Made by a program: the position numbers and the translations under genes
Source: Ruminococcaceae bacterium UBA6353
GTDB taxonomy: Bacteria; Bacillota; Clostridia; Oscillospirales; Acutalibacteraceae
Direction of reading: 5' to 3'
Assembly (NCBI GenBank): GCA_002437905.1
Contig: DJRT01000014.1
Span: 55,917 to 119,916 of the forward strand
Length of the DNA stretch: 64,000 bases
Shown here: piece after piece, positions 53,459 through 63,125 of the stretch
How the letters are laid out: each line of letters begins with the position of its first letter
Numbering within the stretch: the stretch's first letter is position 1
Notes under the pieces: generated by a model
What the model saw: the letters and a program-made list of their open reading frames with translations, nothing else
What the model was told of the DNA's origin: nothing
Database searches by the model: none

Positions 53459-54615
53459 AAGTAACGGATATCAAAACCTTTGCGGTAGATTGCTTCCGCA
53501 CAAACTGGGTGTTTGTGAAGGTATACACCGATGAGGGGGTGACCGGCGTGGGGGAGGCCACGCTGGAATATAAGGAAAAGGCGCTGATCGGGGCGGTGGA
53601 GCATATCCGGGAATACCTGATCGGGCAGAACCCGCTGGATGTGGAAAAGCACACCCACGCCATCTACCGCGATGCCTACTGGCGGGGCGGTGCAGTGCTG
53701 ATGAGCGCACTGTCCGCGGTCGAGTGTGCACTGTGGGATATTCTCGGCAAAACGCTTGGCGTGCCGGTGTACCAGTTGCTTGGCGGGCGGGTGAATGACC
53801 GGGTGCGGATCTATGTGAACGGCTGGTTCGCCGGGGCGAAAACGCCGGAGCAATTCGCCGAAAAGGCCCGGCAGGCAATGCAGCGAGGCGTAACGGCCAT
53901 GAAATGGGATCCATTTGGCAAGAGCTATCTGCAGATCAGCAACCGGGACCTGGATACGGCGCTGCGCTGCGTGGCGGCCGTGCGGGAAGCGGTGGGCGAT
54001 GAGGTGGACCTGCTGATCGAGGGGCACGGGCGCTTTGATGTGCCCACCAGCATCCGCATCGCGCGGGAGCTGGAGCCATTCAAGCCGCTGTTTTTTGAGG
54101 AGCCGACGCCGCCGGACAATCTGGAGGCGCTGCGCGCCGTGCGGGATAAGTCCCCGGTGGCAATCGCCGCAGGTGAGCGGCTGTATACCCTGCGCGGCTA
54201 CCGGCAGCTGTTTGCGCTGCGGGCGGCGGATTACATCCAGCCGGATGTGAGCCATGCCGGCGGCATTATGGAGCTGAAAAAGATCGCGGCGGCGGCCGAG
54301 GCCTGCTATATTCCCTTTGCGCCGCACAACCCCTCCGGGCCGGTGGCCAATGCCGCGACCCTGCAGCTGGCGGCCTGCTGCCCGAATTTCTGTATTCTGG
54401 AGATTATGTACAGTGATGTGTCCTGGCGGTCGGCTGTGACCAATGAGCAGCTGGACTATCAGGACGGCTATATCACCATTCCGTCCAAGCCGGGGCTGGG
54501 GATCGAGATTGATGAAGCGGCCTGCCTGGCGCACCCCTATCAGCCGCACACCCTGCGGCACTATACCGGCGCGCTGACCGATATCCGTCCGGCGGAAACG
54601 GCATTCTATTTCTGA
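53455..54615 (+). CDS. Enolase-superfamily sugar-acid dehydratase (D-galactonate dehydratase-like)
   Basis: MKVTDIKTFAV..NWVFVKVYTDEGVTGVGEATL...LWDILGKTLGVPVYQLLGG closely parallels the DgoD N-terminus. Metal-ligand region DLLIEGHGRF...FFEEP...AAGE. Confidence 0.85.
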   Translation: MKVTDIKTFAVDCFRTNWVFVKVYTDEGVTGVGEATLEYKEKALIGAVEHIREYLIGQNPLDVEKHTHAIYRDAYWRGGAVLMSALSAVECALWDILGKTLGVPVYQLLGGRVNDRVRIYVNGWFAGAKTPEQFAEKARQAMQRGVTAMKWDPFGKSYLQISNRDLDTALRCVAAVREAVGDEVDLLIEGHGRFDVPTSIRIARELEPFKPLFFEEPTPPDNLEALRAVRDKSPVAIAAGERLYTLRGYRQLFALRAADYIQPDVSHAGGIMELKKIAAAAEACYIPFAPHNPSGPVANAATLQLAACCPNFCILEIMYSDVSWRSAVTNEQLDYQDGYITIPSKPGLGIEIDEAACLAHPYQPHTLRHYTGALTDIRPAETAFYF

Positions 54616-54627
54616 GGAGGAAAAACT

Positions 54628-55443
54628 GTGAGCACAGAGAAAAAAGCGGTGTTTGTTACCGGCGGCACGGTCGGCAGTGGGCTGGCTACGGCGAAGCGGT
54701 TTGCACGGGAGGGCTATGCCGTATTCATCACCTCCCGCGATGCCGCCCGCGCGCAGCAGGCGGCAGAAGAGGTGGCGGCGGAGAATGGGGTGTTTGCCCG
54801 TGGCTATGGCCTGGATATCGGCGATGAGGAGGCGGTAAAGGCCGTGTTCGCGGATATCGACGCGACCGGCTGTTTGGTGCGCACGGTGGTGCTGAACGCG
54901 GCCAATATGGGCTTTGGCAGCGACCCGGCAAAGGGGCAGCCGGTATTTTCGGTCGCCATAGAGGATTTCCGTAGCGTGTTTGAAACCAATCTGGTATGGA
55001 ATTTCATGATCGTCCGGCAGGCGGCGCTGCGCATGCGCCAGCACGGCGGCGGAGCCATCGTCTTCATCAGCTCGAATACGGCCTACCGGGCTATCCCCAA
55101 CCGCTGTGCCTATTCCGCCTCCAAGGGCGGCATCAATGCCATGTCCCGTGCGCTGGCGGTGGATCTTGGTCCCTACGGTATCCGCAGCAATGTGGTGCTG
55201 CCCGGCACCATCAAGACGGCGCGCTGGGAGGCTATGGGGGACCGGCAGATTGTGAATGGCAGCCTGACGCCGATCGGCGACATTTCCGATTTTGAGGACA
55301 TTGCCAATGCGGCGTGGTATCTTGGCAGCGAGGCATCCAAAAATGTGACTGGCACCGAGCTGACGGTGGATGGCGGTATGAGCTGCCAGCTCTATCCGCA
55401 GCTGCTGAATCGTCTGAAGCAGCAGCTGACTGAAGCAGACTGA
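54628..55443 (+). CDS. SDR family oxidoreductase
   Basis: GTG start 7 nt after GAGGAGG. Rossmann motif VTGGTVGSGLA, NAA, and catalytic YSASK. Confidence 0.88.
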   Translation: MSTEKKAVFVTGGTVGSGLATAKRFAREGYAVFITSRDAARAQQAAEEVAAENGVFARGYGLDIGDEEAVKAVFADIDATGCLVRTVVLNAANMGFGSDPAKGQPVFSVAIEDFRSVFETNLVWNFMIVRQAALRMRQHGGGAIVFISSNTAYRAIPNRCAYSASKGGINAMSRALAVDLGPYGIRSNVVLPGTIKTARWEAMGDRQIVNGSLTPIGDISDFEDIANAAWYLGSEASKNVTGTELTVDGGMSCQLYPQLLNRLKQQLTEAD

Positions 55444-55460
55444 GGCCATATATGGCAGAA

Positions 55461-55518
55461 AAAGAGCCGTTCTCCCGGCTGTATCCGCCTGGGGAGAACG
55501 GCTCTTTTTATTTTTTTT
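55461..55518. terminator. Bidirectional rho-independent terminator
   Basis: 16-bp stem AAAGAGCCGTTCTCCC / GGGAGAACGGCTCTTT followed by TTATTTTTTTT. It lies between the convergent stops at 55443 and 55537. Confidence 0.88.
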
Positions 55519-55536
55519 GCGGAGAACTGTGTGGAA

Positions 55537-57741
55537 TTATTCCAGCTCGTACAGGTGATCCACCCGGCCGGTCTTATCAAACAGCAGGTTATAGCCCACC
55601 TTTTCGTAGCCCTTGAGCAGCGGGGTGTAGACAGAGGTTTGTCCGTTATCGTAGCAGCGGCCGTCTGCCCCGATGTACCCGACGGGGGTGATGACCGGCA
55701 CCTGGTGGCTGAGCGCCAGCAGATAGCGGTTGTAGGTGGGCATATCTAGCCCGGCGATCTGCAGCAGATAGGAGGAAAGGTAGTTGACGCTGAGCTTGTC
55801 GATGGTCTGCTCCGGAATATCGTAGTTTGCCCAGATCACAAATGGGGTGATGTACTGTTTCAGCGTCTGCTCGGTGGACATGGTATAGAGCGAATCCACC
55901 CCCAGCAGCCGCCGGATGTAGTCGGTCTCGACATTCGGCTGGTGGTCGCCGAACATGCAAATGACGGTTGGCGCTGTCTGCCGGCTGAAGTAGTCGATCA
56001 GCTCGGCGAAGGCGTCGTCCGAGCGCTTGACCAGCGAAAGGTACTGGTTGACCCGCGGCCAGGCGGCCACCGTTTCGCCGGGCAGCCCGGAGGCGGCCGC
56101 GCGGGCGGCCATTTGCCCGGCAGCGTCGGTTACATAGACCTCCTGGGTGAAGTTTTCGGCCTGCTCGGTGTAGCCGCCGTGGTTCTGCATGGTCACATTG
56201 AACAGGAAGAACGGCTGGTCGGGATCCCGCTGCTCGTACATCTCGATCACCTTTTTATAGTCCCAGCTGTCGCTGACATAGCGGCGCAGCAGTACGGTCT
56301 GTCCGGGGTAGAATTCCTCTGCGGCCTGCTCCAGCACCTTGGTATCAAAGCCGCTGCTCTGGTAGCGCTGCAGCACCTCCGCATCCAGGGCGGTGCCGAT
56401 GGAGGAAAAGCGCTGGAAGCCCAATGCCTCGTAAACCTTTATGCGGTTCCAGCCGCTGGGGTAGTAGGGGTGGAAGGCGATGCGGGAATACCCCTGCGCG
56501 CCGAGGGTGGAGACCAGCGACTGCAGCGGATCCTTGATATACAAGGTATAGGCGTTGCTGCCGGCCGGGAAAAAGGCGGTGGACAGCCCGGTAAGGAATT
56601 CAAACTCGGTATTGCTGGTGCCGGAGCCGACCACCGGCACATACAGATTGCCGCGCACGGTGTTCTCGGTCAGGCTGCGCAGGAAGGGCATATAGTCGAT
56701 GTTGGTCTGCACATCCCCCAGCACCTGCAGATCGGACAGCGATTCGTTCATGATGCAGAGAATAACGGGTTTCTCTTCCGGCGCGTCCGCGTCCGTGCTG
56801 ATAGAAGTATCCGCGGCGTCGGCATCCAGTGCCTCCTGCACAATCCGCTCGATATCCCCGGCATTGTAGCCGGACGGCTTGGAGAAGTGCAGGTATTTGG
56901 TGTTCAGGCAAAAATTCATCACCACGCCGGTGTTGCGGTAGCCGCGCGATTGCATCCAGAAGTCCGGCTTCAGCCCGGCCTCGGCATACAGGTCGGTGAA
57001 GGCGTAGATGCCAACGATGCAGACGATCAGCGTGCCGAAAAAGGTGCGGGTGGCGACCTTGCCGATCAGCTGCATCCGCGGGGTGCGCAGCTTATAGGCG
57101 GCCACCTGCAGGAAGGCCAGCAGCAGCAGGGAAATCACGACCTGGTAATTGAAAGAAAAATCGTAGGCGACGGCCACATTGGCCGCGGTGCCGGCACTGA
57201 AGAGATCCAGCGGCACAAAGGGAGTGCCGCGGAACTCCATAACATAGAAATTGGTCAGCCCCAGCAGGAACAGCAGCGGATTGACGATCAGCATGGGCAG
57301 CCGCAGGCTGCCGGAAAACACATACACCAGCCCGTAGAAAAGAAAATACAGGATGTAATTGAGCAGCAGGGTATCCGGCGACCAGTCCCAGGTGAACACC
57401 CCATTGAGGCACTCCACCATGGTCATGGCGACCACCGGCAGCAGGCAGAAGACCACGATGCTGAGCACGGTGCCGGCCCGGCCGGGAAGCTGCCAGCGCA
57501 GCACGGTCAGTGCTCCCAGCACCAGGCAGGCGGCCAGCGAAAGCCCCAGCAGCAGCCCGCCGTAGGTAGGGCAATCCTGCAGAAAGGAGCCGGCGTGCCA
57601 CAGGGTCAGTGCCAGCAGCAGCAGGGTGAATATGCCGCCGGCGACGGCCTGCCGCGGGATAAGGCTGACGGTCAGCCTGCCCCACAGCGTTTTTTGCCAC
57701 ACGGGGGTGGGCTGCCGGCGGGGCTTTTCTTTATGCTGCAC
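55537..57741 (-). CDS. LTA synthase family protein (sulfatase-fold phosphoglycerol transferase)
   Basis: N-terminal polytopic membrane domain, then an extracellular sulfatase domain with IMNESLSDL, GTSNTEFEFLTG and FGDHQP. The GTG at 57741 is preceded by AAAGGAGG, and the upstream part of the track ORF lacks an RBS. Confidence 0.85.
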   Translation of the reverse strand: MQHKEKPRRQPTPVWQKTLWGRLTVSLIPRQAVAGGIFTLLLLALTLWHAGSFLQDCPTYGGLLLGLSLAACLVLGALTVLRWQLPGRAGTVLSIVVFCLLPVVAMTMVECLNGVFTWDWSPDTLLLNYILYFLFYGLVYVFSGSLRLPMLIVNPLLFLLGLTNFYVMEFRGTPFVPLDLFSAGTAANVAVAYDFSFNYQVVISLLLLAFLQVAAYKLRTPRMQLIGKVATRTFFGTLIVCIVGIYAFTDLYAEAGLKPDFWMQSRGYRNTGVVMNFCLNTKYLHFSKPSGYNAGDIERIVQEALDADAADTSISTDADAPEEKPVILCIMNESLSDLQVLGDVQTNIDYMPFLRSLTENTVRGNLYVPVVGSGTSNTEFEFLTGLSTAFFPAGSNAYTLYIKDPLQSLVSTLGAQGYSRIAFHPYYPSGWNRIKVYEALGFQRFSSIGTALDAEVLQRYQSSGFDTKVLEQAAEEFYPGQTVLLRRYVSDSWDYKKVIEMYEQRDPDQPFFLFNVTMQNHGGYTEQAENFTQEVYVTDAAGQMAARAAASGLPGETVAAWPRVNQYLSLVKRSDDAFAELIDYFSRQTAPTVICMFGDHQPNVETDYIRRLLGVDSLYTMSTEQTLKQYITPFVIWANYDIPEQTIDKLSVNYLSSYLLQIAGLDMPTYNRYLLALSHQVPVITPVGYIGADGRCYDNGQTSVYTPLLKGYEKVGYNLLFDKTGRVDHLYELE

Positions 57742-57860
57742 GGCAATGCCTCCTTTCTGCTTTTCCGAAATAAACAATAGCAGTATACCAGCATTTTGTG
57801 ACAAATGTGTGAATAGGGGAAAATTCCCACGAAAAAATTCCGAAAACCCCGAAAAGGGCA

Positions 57861-57889
57861 TTGCAATTTGTTCCTGCGCGGTGTATAAT
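57861..57889 (+). promoter_or_regulatory. Consensus-like sigma-70 promoter for the oadG/oadB-type operon
   Basis: TTGCAA (57861-57866), 17-nt spacer, TATAAT (57884-57889). Confidence 0.6.
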
Positions 57890-57968
57890 GGGAGCATAAA
57901 ATTATACTGGGTGAGGATGTGGCTTTTTCCATAGCGCTGACCCGGATTATAGTGCAAACGGAGGTTTG

Positions 57969-58337
57969 ATGGCAATGATTCTGTTAGCAAAAGAGACGGC
58001 CGGCGCCATTCTCGGCGATGCCGGGCTGACGATCCTGACCGGCCTGGTCGTGGTATTTGCTGTGCTGCTGCTGCTCATCGGTGTGTTCAAGCTTTTTGGC
58101 CTGATCTTCGCCGACAAGGGCGGGGAGACCCAGCCGGAGGCTGCGGTACCGGCGGTGCCGGCAGCCCCTGCGGCAGCGGCCGCCGCGCCGATCGTCGGCA
58201 ATACCCAGCCGGTGACCACCCAGCCGGCGGTGCAGAACGGCATCCCGGAGGAGACGGTGGCGGCGATCTCGGCTGCGGTGGCGGCCGTGGCCCCGGCCGG
58301 CAAGCAATACGCGGTTTCCGGCATCCGCAAGAAATAA
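57969..58337 (+). CDS. OadG family protein (gamma subunit of Na+-translocating decarboxylase)
   Basis: One N-terminal TM helix (LTILTGLVVVFAVLLLLIGVF), an Ala/Pro-rich linker, and a C-terminal EETVAAISAAVAAV motif typical of OadG. RBS ACGGAGG. The start could be 57966, 57969 or 57975. Confidence 0.8.
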   Translation: MAMILLAKETAGAILGDAGLTILTGLVVVFAVLLLLIGVFKLFGLIFADKGGETQPEAAVPAVPAAPAAAAAAPIVGNTQPVTTQPAVQNGIPEETVAAISAAVAAVAPAGKQYAVSGIRKK

Positions 58338-58350
58338 GGAGAGAAAGAGT

Positions 58351-59781
58351 ATGCAAAAGTTTCTGGAAGCCATTGCCGACCTGTGGAACGGCTCCGGCCT
58401 TGCCCGTCTGCTGAACTTCGAGAACGGCGGATGGAAGAACCTGATCATGATTGTCATTGCCGGTGTGTTGCTGTATCTGGCGATCAAAAAGCAGTTTGAA
58501 CCGCTGCTGCTGCTGCCCATTGCGTTCGGTATGCTGCTGGTCAATCTGCCGCTGGGCGGCGTGATGGATCCGCAGCGCAACTCGCTGGTGGCGATGAGCG
58601 ACGCGGAGCTGCAATCCTATGTGGACGGCACCTATGAGCAGGTGTACCCGGTCTACGAGCAGCGTTCACAGATAAATTCCAATTATTATTCGCAGATTCA
58701 GACGATCACCAATGCCCAGGGGCAGCAGGTGCAGGTCATCCAGGTTGACACGGCCGTATATAAGGTCGAGGTGAACGAGGAGACCGGCACAGCCACGGCG
58801 GTGATCCCCTACTGGCAGCACTTTGAGCAGGGCGGCCTGCTGTGGTATCTGTATCAGGGAGTCAAATTCGGCATCTATCCGCCGCTGATCTTCCTGGGCA
58901 TCGGCGCCATGACCGATTTCGGCCCGCTGATCTCCAACCCCAAGAGCTTTCTGCTGGGTGCGGCGGCGCAGCTGGGTATTTTTACCACCTATTTCGGCGC
59001 GCGTTGCCTCAATCTGATCCCCAATGCCGAGGCGCTTGGCATTGGCTTTACACAGAAGCAGGCGGCCTCCATCGCGATTATCGGCGGTGCGGACGGCCCC
59101 ACGGCGATCTACCTGACCTCGAAGCTGGCGCCGGAGCTGCTGGGCGCGATCGCCATTGCAGCCTATTCCTACATGGCGCTGGTGCCGATCATCCAGCCGC
59201 CCATCATGCGGGCGCTGACCACCAAAAAGGAGCGCAGCGTGGTGATGACCCAGCTGCGCACCGTCTCCAAAACGGAGAAGATCCTCTTCCCCATCATTGT
59301 CACGGTGATCTGCGTGCTGCTGCTGCCCTCTGCGGCGCCGCTGATCGGTATGCTGATGCTCGGCAACCTTATGCGCGAGAGCGGTGTGGTGGATCGGATC
59401 AGCAAGACCGCACAGAATGAGCTGATGAACATTGTGACCATCTGCCTGGGCGTGACGGTTGGCGCGACCGCTAATGCTTACAGCTTCCTCAAGCCCACCA
59501 CCCTGCTGATCATCGTGCTCGGTCTGCTGGCCTTCTGCATGGGTACGGCCGGCGGTGTGCTGTTCGGCAAGCTGATGTACCTCTTCACCGGCGGTAAGGT
59601 GAACCCGCTGATCGGCTCGGCCGGTGTATCGGCTGTGCCGATGGCTGCCCGCGTATCCCAGAAGGTCGGGCAGCAGGAGAACCCCTCCAACTTCCTGCTG
59701 ATGCACGCCATGGGCCCGAATGTGTCCGGCGTGATCGGCTCGGCGGTGGCGGCCGGTGTGCTGCTGACGCTGTTCGGCTAA
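58351..59781 (+). CDS. Sodium ion-translocating decarboxylase, beta subunit (OadB/GcdB/MmdB family)
   Basis: FEPLLLLPIAFGMLLVNLP, GIYPPLIFLGIGAMTDFGPLISNP and GGADGPTAIY are hallmark segments of this family. RBS GGAGAGAAAGAG. Confidence 0.9.
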   Translation: MQKFLEAIADLWNGSGLARLLNFENGGWKNLIMIVIAGVLLYLAIKKQFEPLLLLPIAFGMLLVNLPLGGVMDPQRNSLVAMSDAELQSYVDGTYEQVYPVYEQRSQINSNYYSQIQTITNAQGQQVQVIQVDTAVYKVEVNEETGTATAVIPYWQHFEQGGLLWYLYQGVKFGIYPPLIFLGIGAMTDFGPLISNPKSFLLGAAAQLGIFTTYFGARCLNLIPNAEALGIGFTQKQAASIAIIGGADGPTAIYLTSKLAPELLGAIAIAAYSYMALVPIIQPPIMRALTTKKERSVVMTQLRTVSKTEKILFPIIVTVICVLLLPSAAPLIGMLMLGNLMRESGVVDRISKTAQNELMNIVTICLGVTVGATANAYSFLKPTTLLIIVLGLLAFCMGTAGGVLFGKLMYLFTGGKVNPLIGSAGVSAVPMAARVSQKVGQQENPSNFLLMHAMGPNVSGVIGSAVAAGVLLTLFG

Positions 59782-59801
59782 AAAAGAGTTTGGTCTTACT
59801 G

Positions 59802-59835
59802 CAGGGCCGGGCAACACTTGCCCGGCCCTGTTCTA
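59802..59835 (+). terminator. Hairpin terminator after the beta-subunit gene
   Basis: CAGGGCCGGGCA ACACT TGCCCGGCCCTG followed by TTCTAT (weak T tract). Confidence 0.55.
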
Positions 59836-59876
59836 TCCATGAAAAAATCGGACTACGGAATAAAGGCGGTATCGGG

Positions 59877-62366
59877 ATGCTTACTCCACAGGAAATTTGC
59901 GAAAAGCGGCAGGCGGTGCTGCGGCGCTGCTTCGCCCGCATGAATGCCCCGCAGCAGCAGGCGGTGTTCCAGACCGAGGGGCCGGTGCTGATTCTGGCCG
60001 GCGCCGGCAGCGGCAAGACCACGGTGCTGGTCAACCGCATTGCCAATCTGGTGCGGTTTGGCCGCGCCTACCACAGCACAGAGGTGCCGGTGCTGGATGC
60101 TGAACAGGAGCAGGCACTGCTGGACAGTGCCGCCGGCCTGCGTGAGCCGTCGCCGCAGCTGTGTGCGCTGCTGGCGGTGGAGCCATGTCCGGCGTGGCGC
60201 ATATTGGCCATTACCTTTACCAACAAGGCGGCCGGTGAGCTGAAGGAGCGGCTGTGCCGGATGCTGGGGGAGGAGGGCGACGAGGTTGCCGCCAGCACCT
60301 TCCACTCCTTCTGCGCCAAGATCCTGCGCCGGGAGGGGGAAGCGCTGGGGTATTCCCGCCACTTCACCATCTACGATACGGATGACAGCCGCCGGCTGAT
60401 GAAAAGCTGCATGAAGGAGCTGAATATCGACGAAAAGACGCTCGGGCACAAGGCCATTCTGGGGGAGATCAGCCGCGCCAAGGATGAGCTGCTTTCGCCG
60501 GAGGAATACGCCGCCGCCCACGCCAACAGCGGGGACATCCGTCTGCGGCTGACCGCCCGTGCCTATACGGTGTACCAGAAGCGGCTGCGGGAGGCGGACG
60601 CCATGGACTTTGACGATCTGCTGTGCTGTACGGTGCGGCTGTTTACCGAAAACCCTGCCGTGCTGGAACGGTATCAGAACCGTTTCCGGTATCTGATGGT
60701 GGACGAATACCAGGACACCAACCACGCGCAGTATAAGCTGATCAGCCTGCTGGCTGCCCGTGCGGGCAATCTGTGCGTGGTGGGGGATGATGACCAGAGC
60801 ATCTACAAATTCCGCGGGGCGACGATCGAGAACATCCTCGGTTTTGAGGAGGAATTCCGGAATTGCCGGGTGATCCGGCTGGAGCAGAACTACCGCTCCA
60901 CCAAGCGGATACTGGAGGCGGCCAACCATGTGATTGCCCGCAACACCGGCCGCAAGGGCAAGACCCTGTGGACAGACAACCCGCAGGGGGATCCGCTGCG
61001 GGTGGTAACGGTGGACAATGCCGAGGAGGAGGGCCGCTTTGTGGCGGATACCATCCTGGCGGGCGTAGCCGGCGGCCGGCGTTTCAGTGAATATGCCGTG
61101 CTGTACCGCGCCAATGCACAGTCCAATGCCATTGAGCAGGCGCTGGTGCGCAGCGGCGTACCCTACCGGGTGGTTGGCGGCCATCGCTTCAATGATACGC
61201 AGGAGGTGCGGGACGCCATGGCCTACCTGCGGCTGATCAACAACCCGGAGGATGAGGTGAGCCTGCGGCGGATCATCAACACCCCCGCCCGCGGCATCGG
61301 CACCACCACGCTGGAGCACGCGGCAGAGATTGCAGCCGGTACGGAGCAGAGCCTGTACAGCGTGCTGGAGCACGCGGCCGACTATCCGGCGATCAGCCGG
61401 GCGGCCGCTAAGATCGGCACCTTCATGGCCATGATGGGAGAGCTGCGCAGCGTAGCGGCCGACCCGGAGAATTCACTGCATGACCTGTACAATACCATGC
61501 TGGAGCGCACCGGCTATCGCCGGATGTGGCAGGAGGCGGGCGAGGCCGAAGCTGGCCGGGTAGAGAACCTGGAGGAGTTGTCCTCCTCCATCCGCCAGTA
61601 CGAAAAGAACAGCGAGGAGGAATATCCGGATCTGGCCGGCTTCCTGGAGGAGCAGGCGCTGATGACCGATATCGACAACTTTGATACCGATGCTGATGCA
61701 GCGGTGCTGATGACCATGCACGCCGCCAAGGGGTTGGAATTTCCGGTGGTGCTGCTGCCCGGCTTTGAGGATGGGATTTTCCCCGGCTATCAGACCATGT
61801 TTGACCCCACCGAGCTGGAGGAGGACCGCCGCCTGTGCTATGTGGCAATCACCCGCGCACGGGAGGAGCTGTATATCACCCACGCGCAAAGCCGCATGCT
61901 CTATGGGCAGACCACCCGCAATCCGGCCTCCCGGTTTCTGCAGGATATTCCGCAGGAGCTGACGGAGGAGATCAATAAAACCCATGCCCGCACGGATTTT
62001 GGCGGGGACTTTGGCGGCAGCCGCTACGGCGGCTTCGGCCGTGGCCGCAGCGAAGGCAGCTTCGCCGGTGAGCGCCGCAGCAGCGCGGCCTACACGCCCA
62101 CGGCGGCAGCTGGCAGCGCCCGTCCGTTCCCCTCCTCCGGTACGGCGCACACCATCGGTGTGCGGCAGCCGGCCGCCGGCGCCAAGGGCGCCCCGGCAGC
62201 GCAGTGGCATGTGGGGGATGCGGTAAGCCATGCCAGCTTTGGCAACGGCGTGATCGCCGCCATCACACCGATGGCCGGAGACACTCTGCTGGTGATCGAC
62301 TTTGACCGCGCCGGGCGAAAAAAGCTGATGGCGAACTACGCCCGCCTGACGGCGAAAAACGGATAA
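59877..62366 (+). CDS. pcrA: ATP-dependent DNA helicase PcrA (UvrD/Rep family, SF1)
   Basis: NAPQQQAV, Walker A AGAGSGKTT, MVDEYQDTN, VGDDDQSIYKFRGA, LEQNYRS and TMHAAKGLEFPVV, plus a Gly/Arg-rich linker and the C-terminal WHVGDAVSHASFGNGVI Tudor-like domain typical of PcrA. ATG at 59877. Confidence 0.92.
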   Translation: MLTPQEICEKRQAVLRRCFARMNAPQQQAVFQTEGPVLILAGAGSGKTTVLVNRIANLVRFGRAYHSTEVPVLDAEQEQALLDSAAGLREPSPQLCALLAVEPCPAWRILAITFTNKAAGELKERLCRMLGEEGDEVAASTFHSFCAKILRREGEALGYSRHFTIYDTDDSRRLMKSCMKELNIDEKTLGHKAILGEISRAKDELLSPEEYAAAHANSGDIRLRLTARAYTVYQKRLREADAMDFDDLLCCTVRLFTENPAVLERYQNRFRYLMVDEYQDTNHAQYKLISLLAARAGNLCVVGDDDQSIYKFRGATIENILGFEEEFRNCRVIRLEQNYRSTKRILEAANHVIARNTGRKGKTLWTDNPQGDPLRVVTVDNAEEEGRFVADTILAGVAGGRRFSEYAVLYRANAQSNAIEQALVRSGVPYRVVGGHRFNDTQEVRDAMAYLRLINNPEDEVSLRRIINTPARGIGTTTLEHAAEIAAGTEQSLYSVLEHAADYPAISRAAAKIGTFMAMMGELRSVAADPENSLHDLYNTMLERTGYRRMWQEAGEAEAGRVENLEELSSSIRQYEKNSEEEYPDLAGFLEEQALMTDIDNFDTDADAAVLMTMHAAKGLEFPVVLLPGFEDGIFPGYQTMFDPTELEEDRRLCYVAITRAREELYITHAQSRMLYGQTTRNPASRFLQDIPQELTEEINKTHARTDFGGDFGGSRYGGFGRGRSEGSFAGERRSSAAYTPTAAAGSARPFPSSGTAHTIGVRQPAAGAKGAPAAQWHVGDAVSHASFGNGVIAAITPMAGDTLLVIDFDRAGRKKLMANYARLTAKNG

Positions 62367-62374
62367 ATAAAAAG

Positions 62375-62408
62375 AGCGGGGCAATCACCTGAGGGTGATC
62401 GCCCCGCT
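62375..62408. terminator. Bidirectional hairpin between pcrA and the MBL remnant
   Basis: AGCGGGGCAATCACC TGAG GGTGATCGCCCCGCT. On the minus strand it is followed by CTTTTTATTTAT. Confidence 0.6.
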
Positions 62409-62440
62409 GACTTTATACTATATGGCTATATGGCAGGCGG

Positions 62441-63125
62441 TCAGTCGAAAACATAATCGCCGAAGGCGGCCGGAAAGCTTGCCTGCACGCCCAGCTGCTC
62501 CGCCCATTTGCGCGTTTCCACCGTGCGCCACGGGCCGGAATTAAACCCGCCGCCATTATCGTTGTTCCACAGCCAGTCCGGCGCGGGCCAGAGGCATATT
62601 TTGGGGGAGATCAGCCGGTACAGCGCGAAATTGACGCCCTGCTGGCCATGGTGCGCCATCTGCACGATATCGCAGCGCAGCCGGTCGGCGGCTCCGTCTG
62701 CCAGCGCTTTTTGGCCGGTCTCGGCCATGTCGCCCAGGAACAGCACATCTCGTTTCGGAAAGTGTGCCAGCAGAACCAGGCTGGTATCGTTAATGCTGGG
62801 CAATTGGGTGTAATCTCCCAGGGAATTCAGCACCTCGATGCCGACGCCCCAATCAAAGTGATCCCCTCGGCCGATCGGTGCGGTTTTCAGGCTGTGCCGG
62901 TCGATCTGTGCGAGAAAATCGGTCAGCGGCTGCGCGGTGCCGGCCTCGGCCTGTTCGCACCATTGTGCCGGGGGAAAATCGAAATACAGGCAATCAATGC
63001 GCAGACGCAGCTCCCCCCGTTCCAGCAGGCGCAGCAGGGCGCCATAATGGTCGTCGTGCGCATGGTTTATCCCTCCGTTTTTTGGTTCCGGCCATACTGC
63101 TGGTGCCGGAGGCAGGGTTTTCCAT
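62441..63125 (-). pseudogene. MBL-fold metallo-hydrolase (ComEC-C-terminal-like), apparently 5'-truncated and/or frameshifted
   Basis: The track ORF starts at an internal GTG (62833), but the same frame stays open up to 63124. That extension encodes the HxHxDH motif (GINHAHDDHYGAL), NDTSLVLL...FLGDMAE and QMAHHG. There is no in-frame start upstream. The only ATG (63125) is in another frame and would join at a T6/A6 homopolymer (63078-63083). About 50 N-terminal residues of a normal MBL fold are missing. Confidence 0.5.

Noticed and set aside
58550-58860. Extra loop of about 80 residues in the OadB-type beta subunit as a possible insertion element or novel domain
   Set aside because: Characterised beta subunits (for example the Klebsiella OadB that I recall) also carry a long variable loop at this position between conserved segments. 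There is no compositional break in the DNA.
59877-62366. UvrD-family helicase as a possible defence-system component
   Set aside because: The full set of PcrA motifs plus the characteristic C-terminal Tudor-like domain are present, and no nuclease, methylase or other defence partners flank it. It reads as the housekeeping pcrA.
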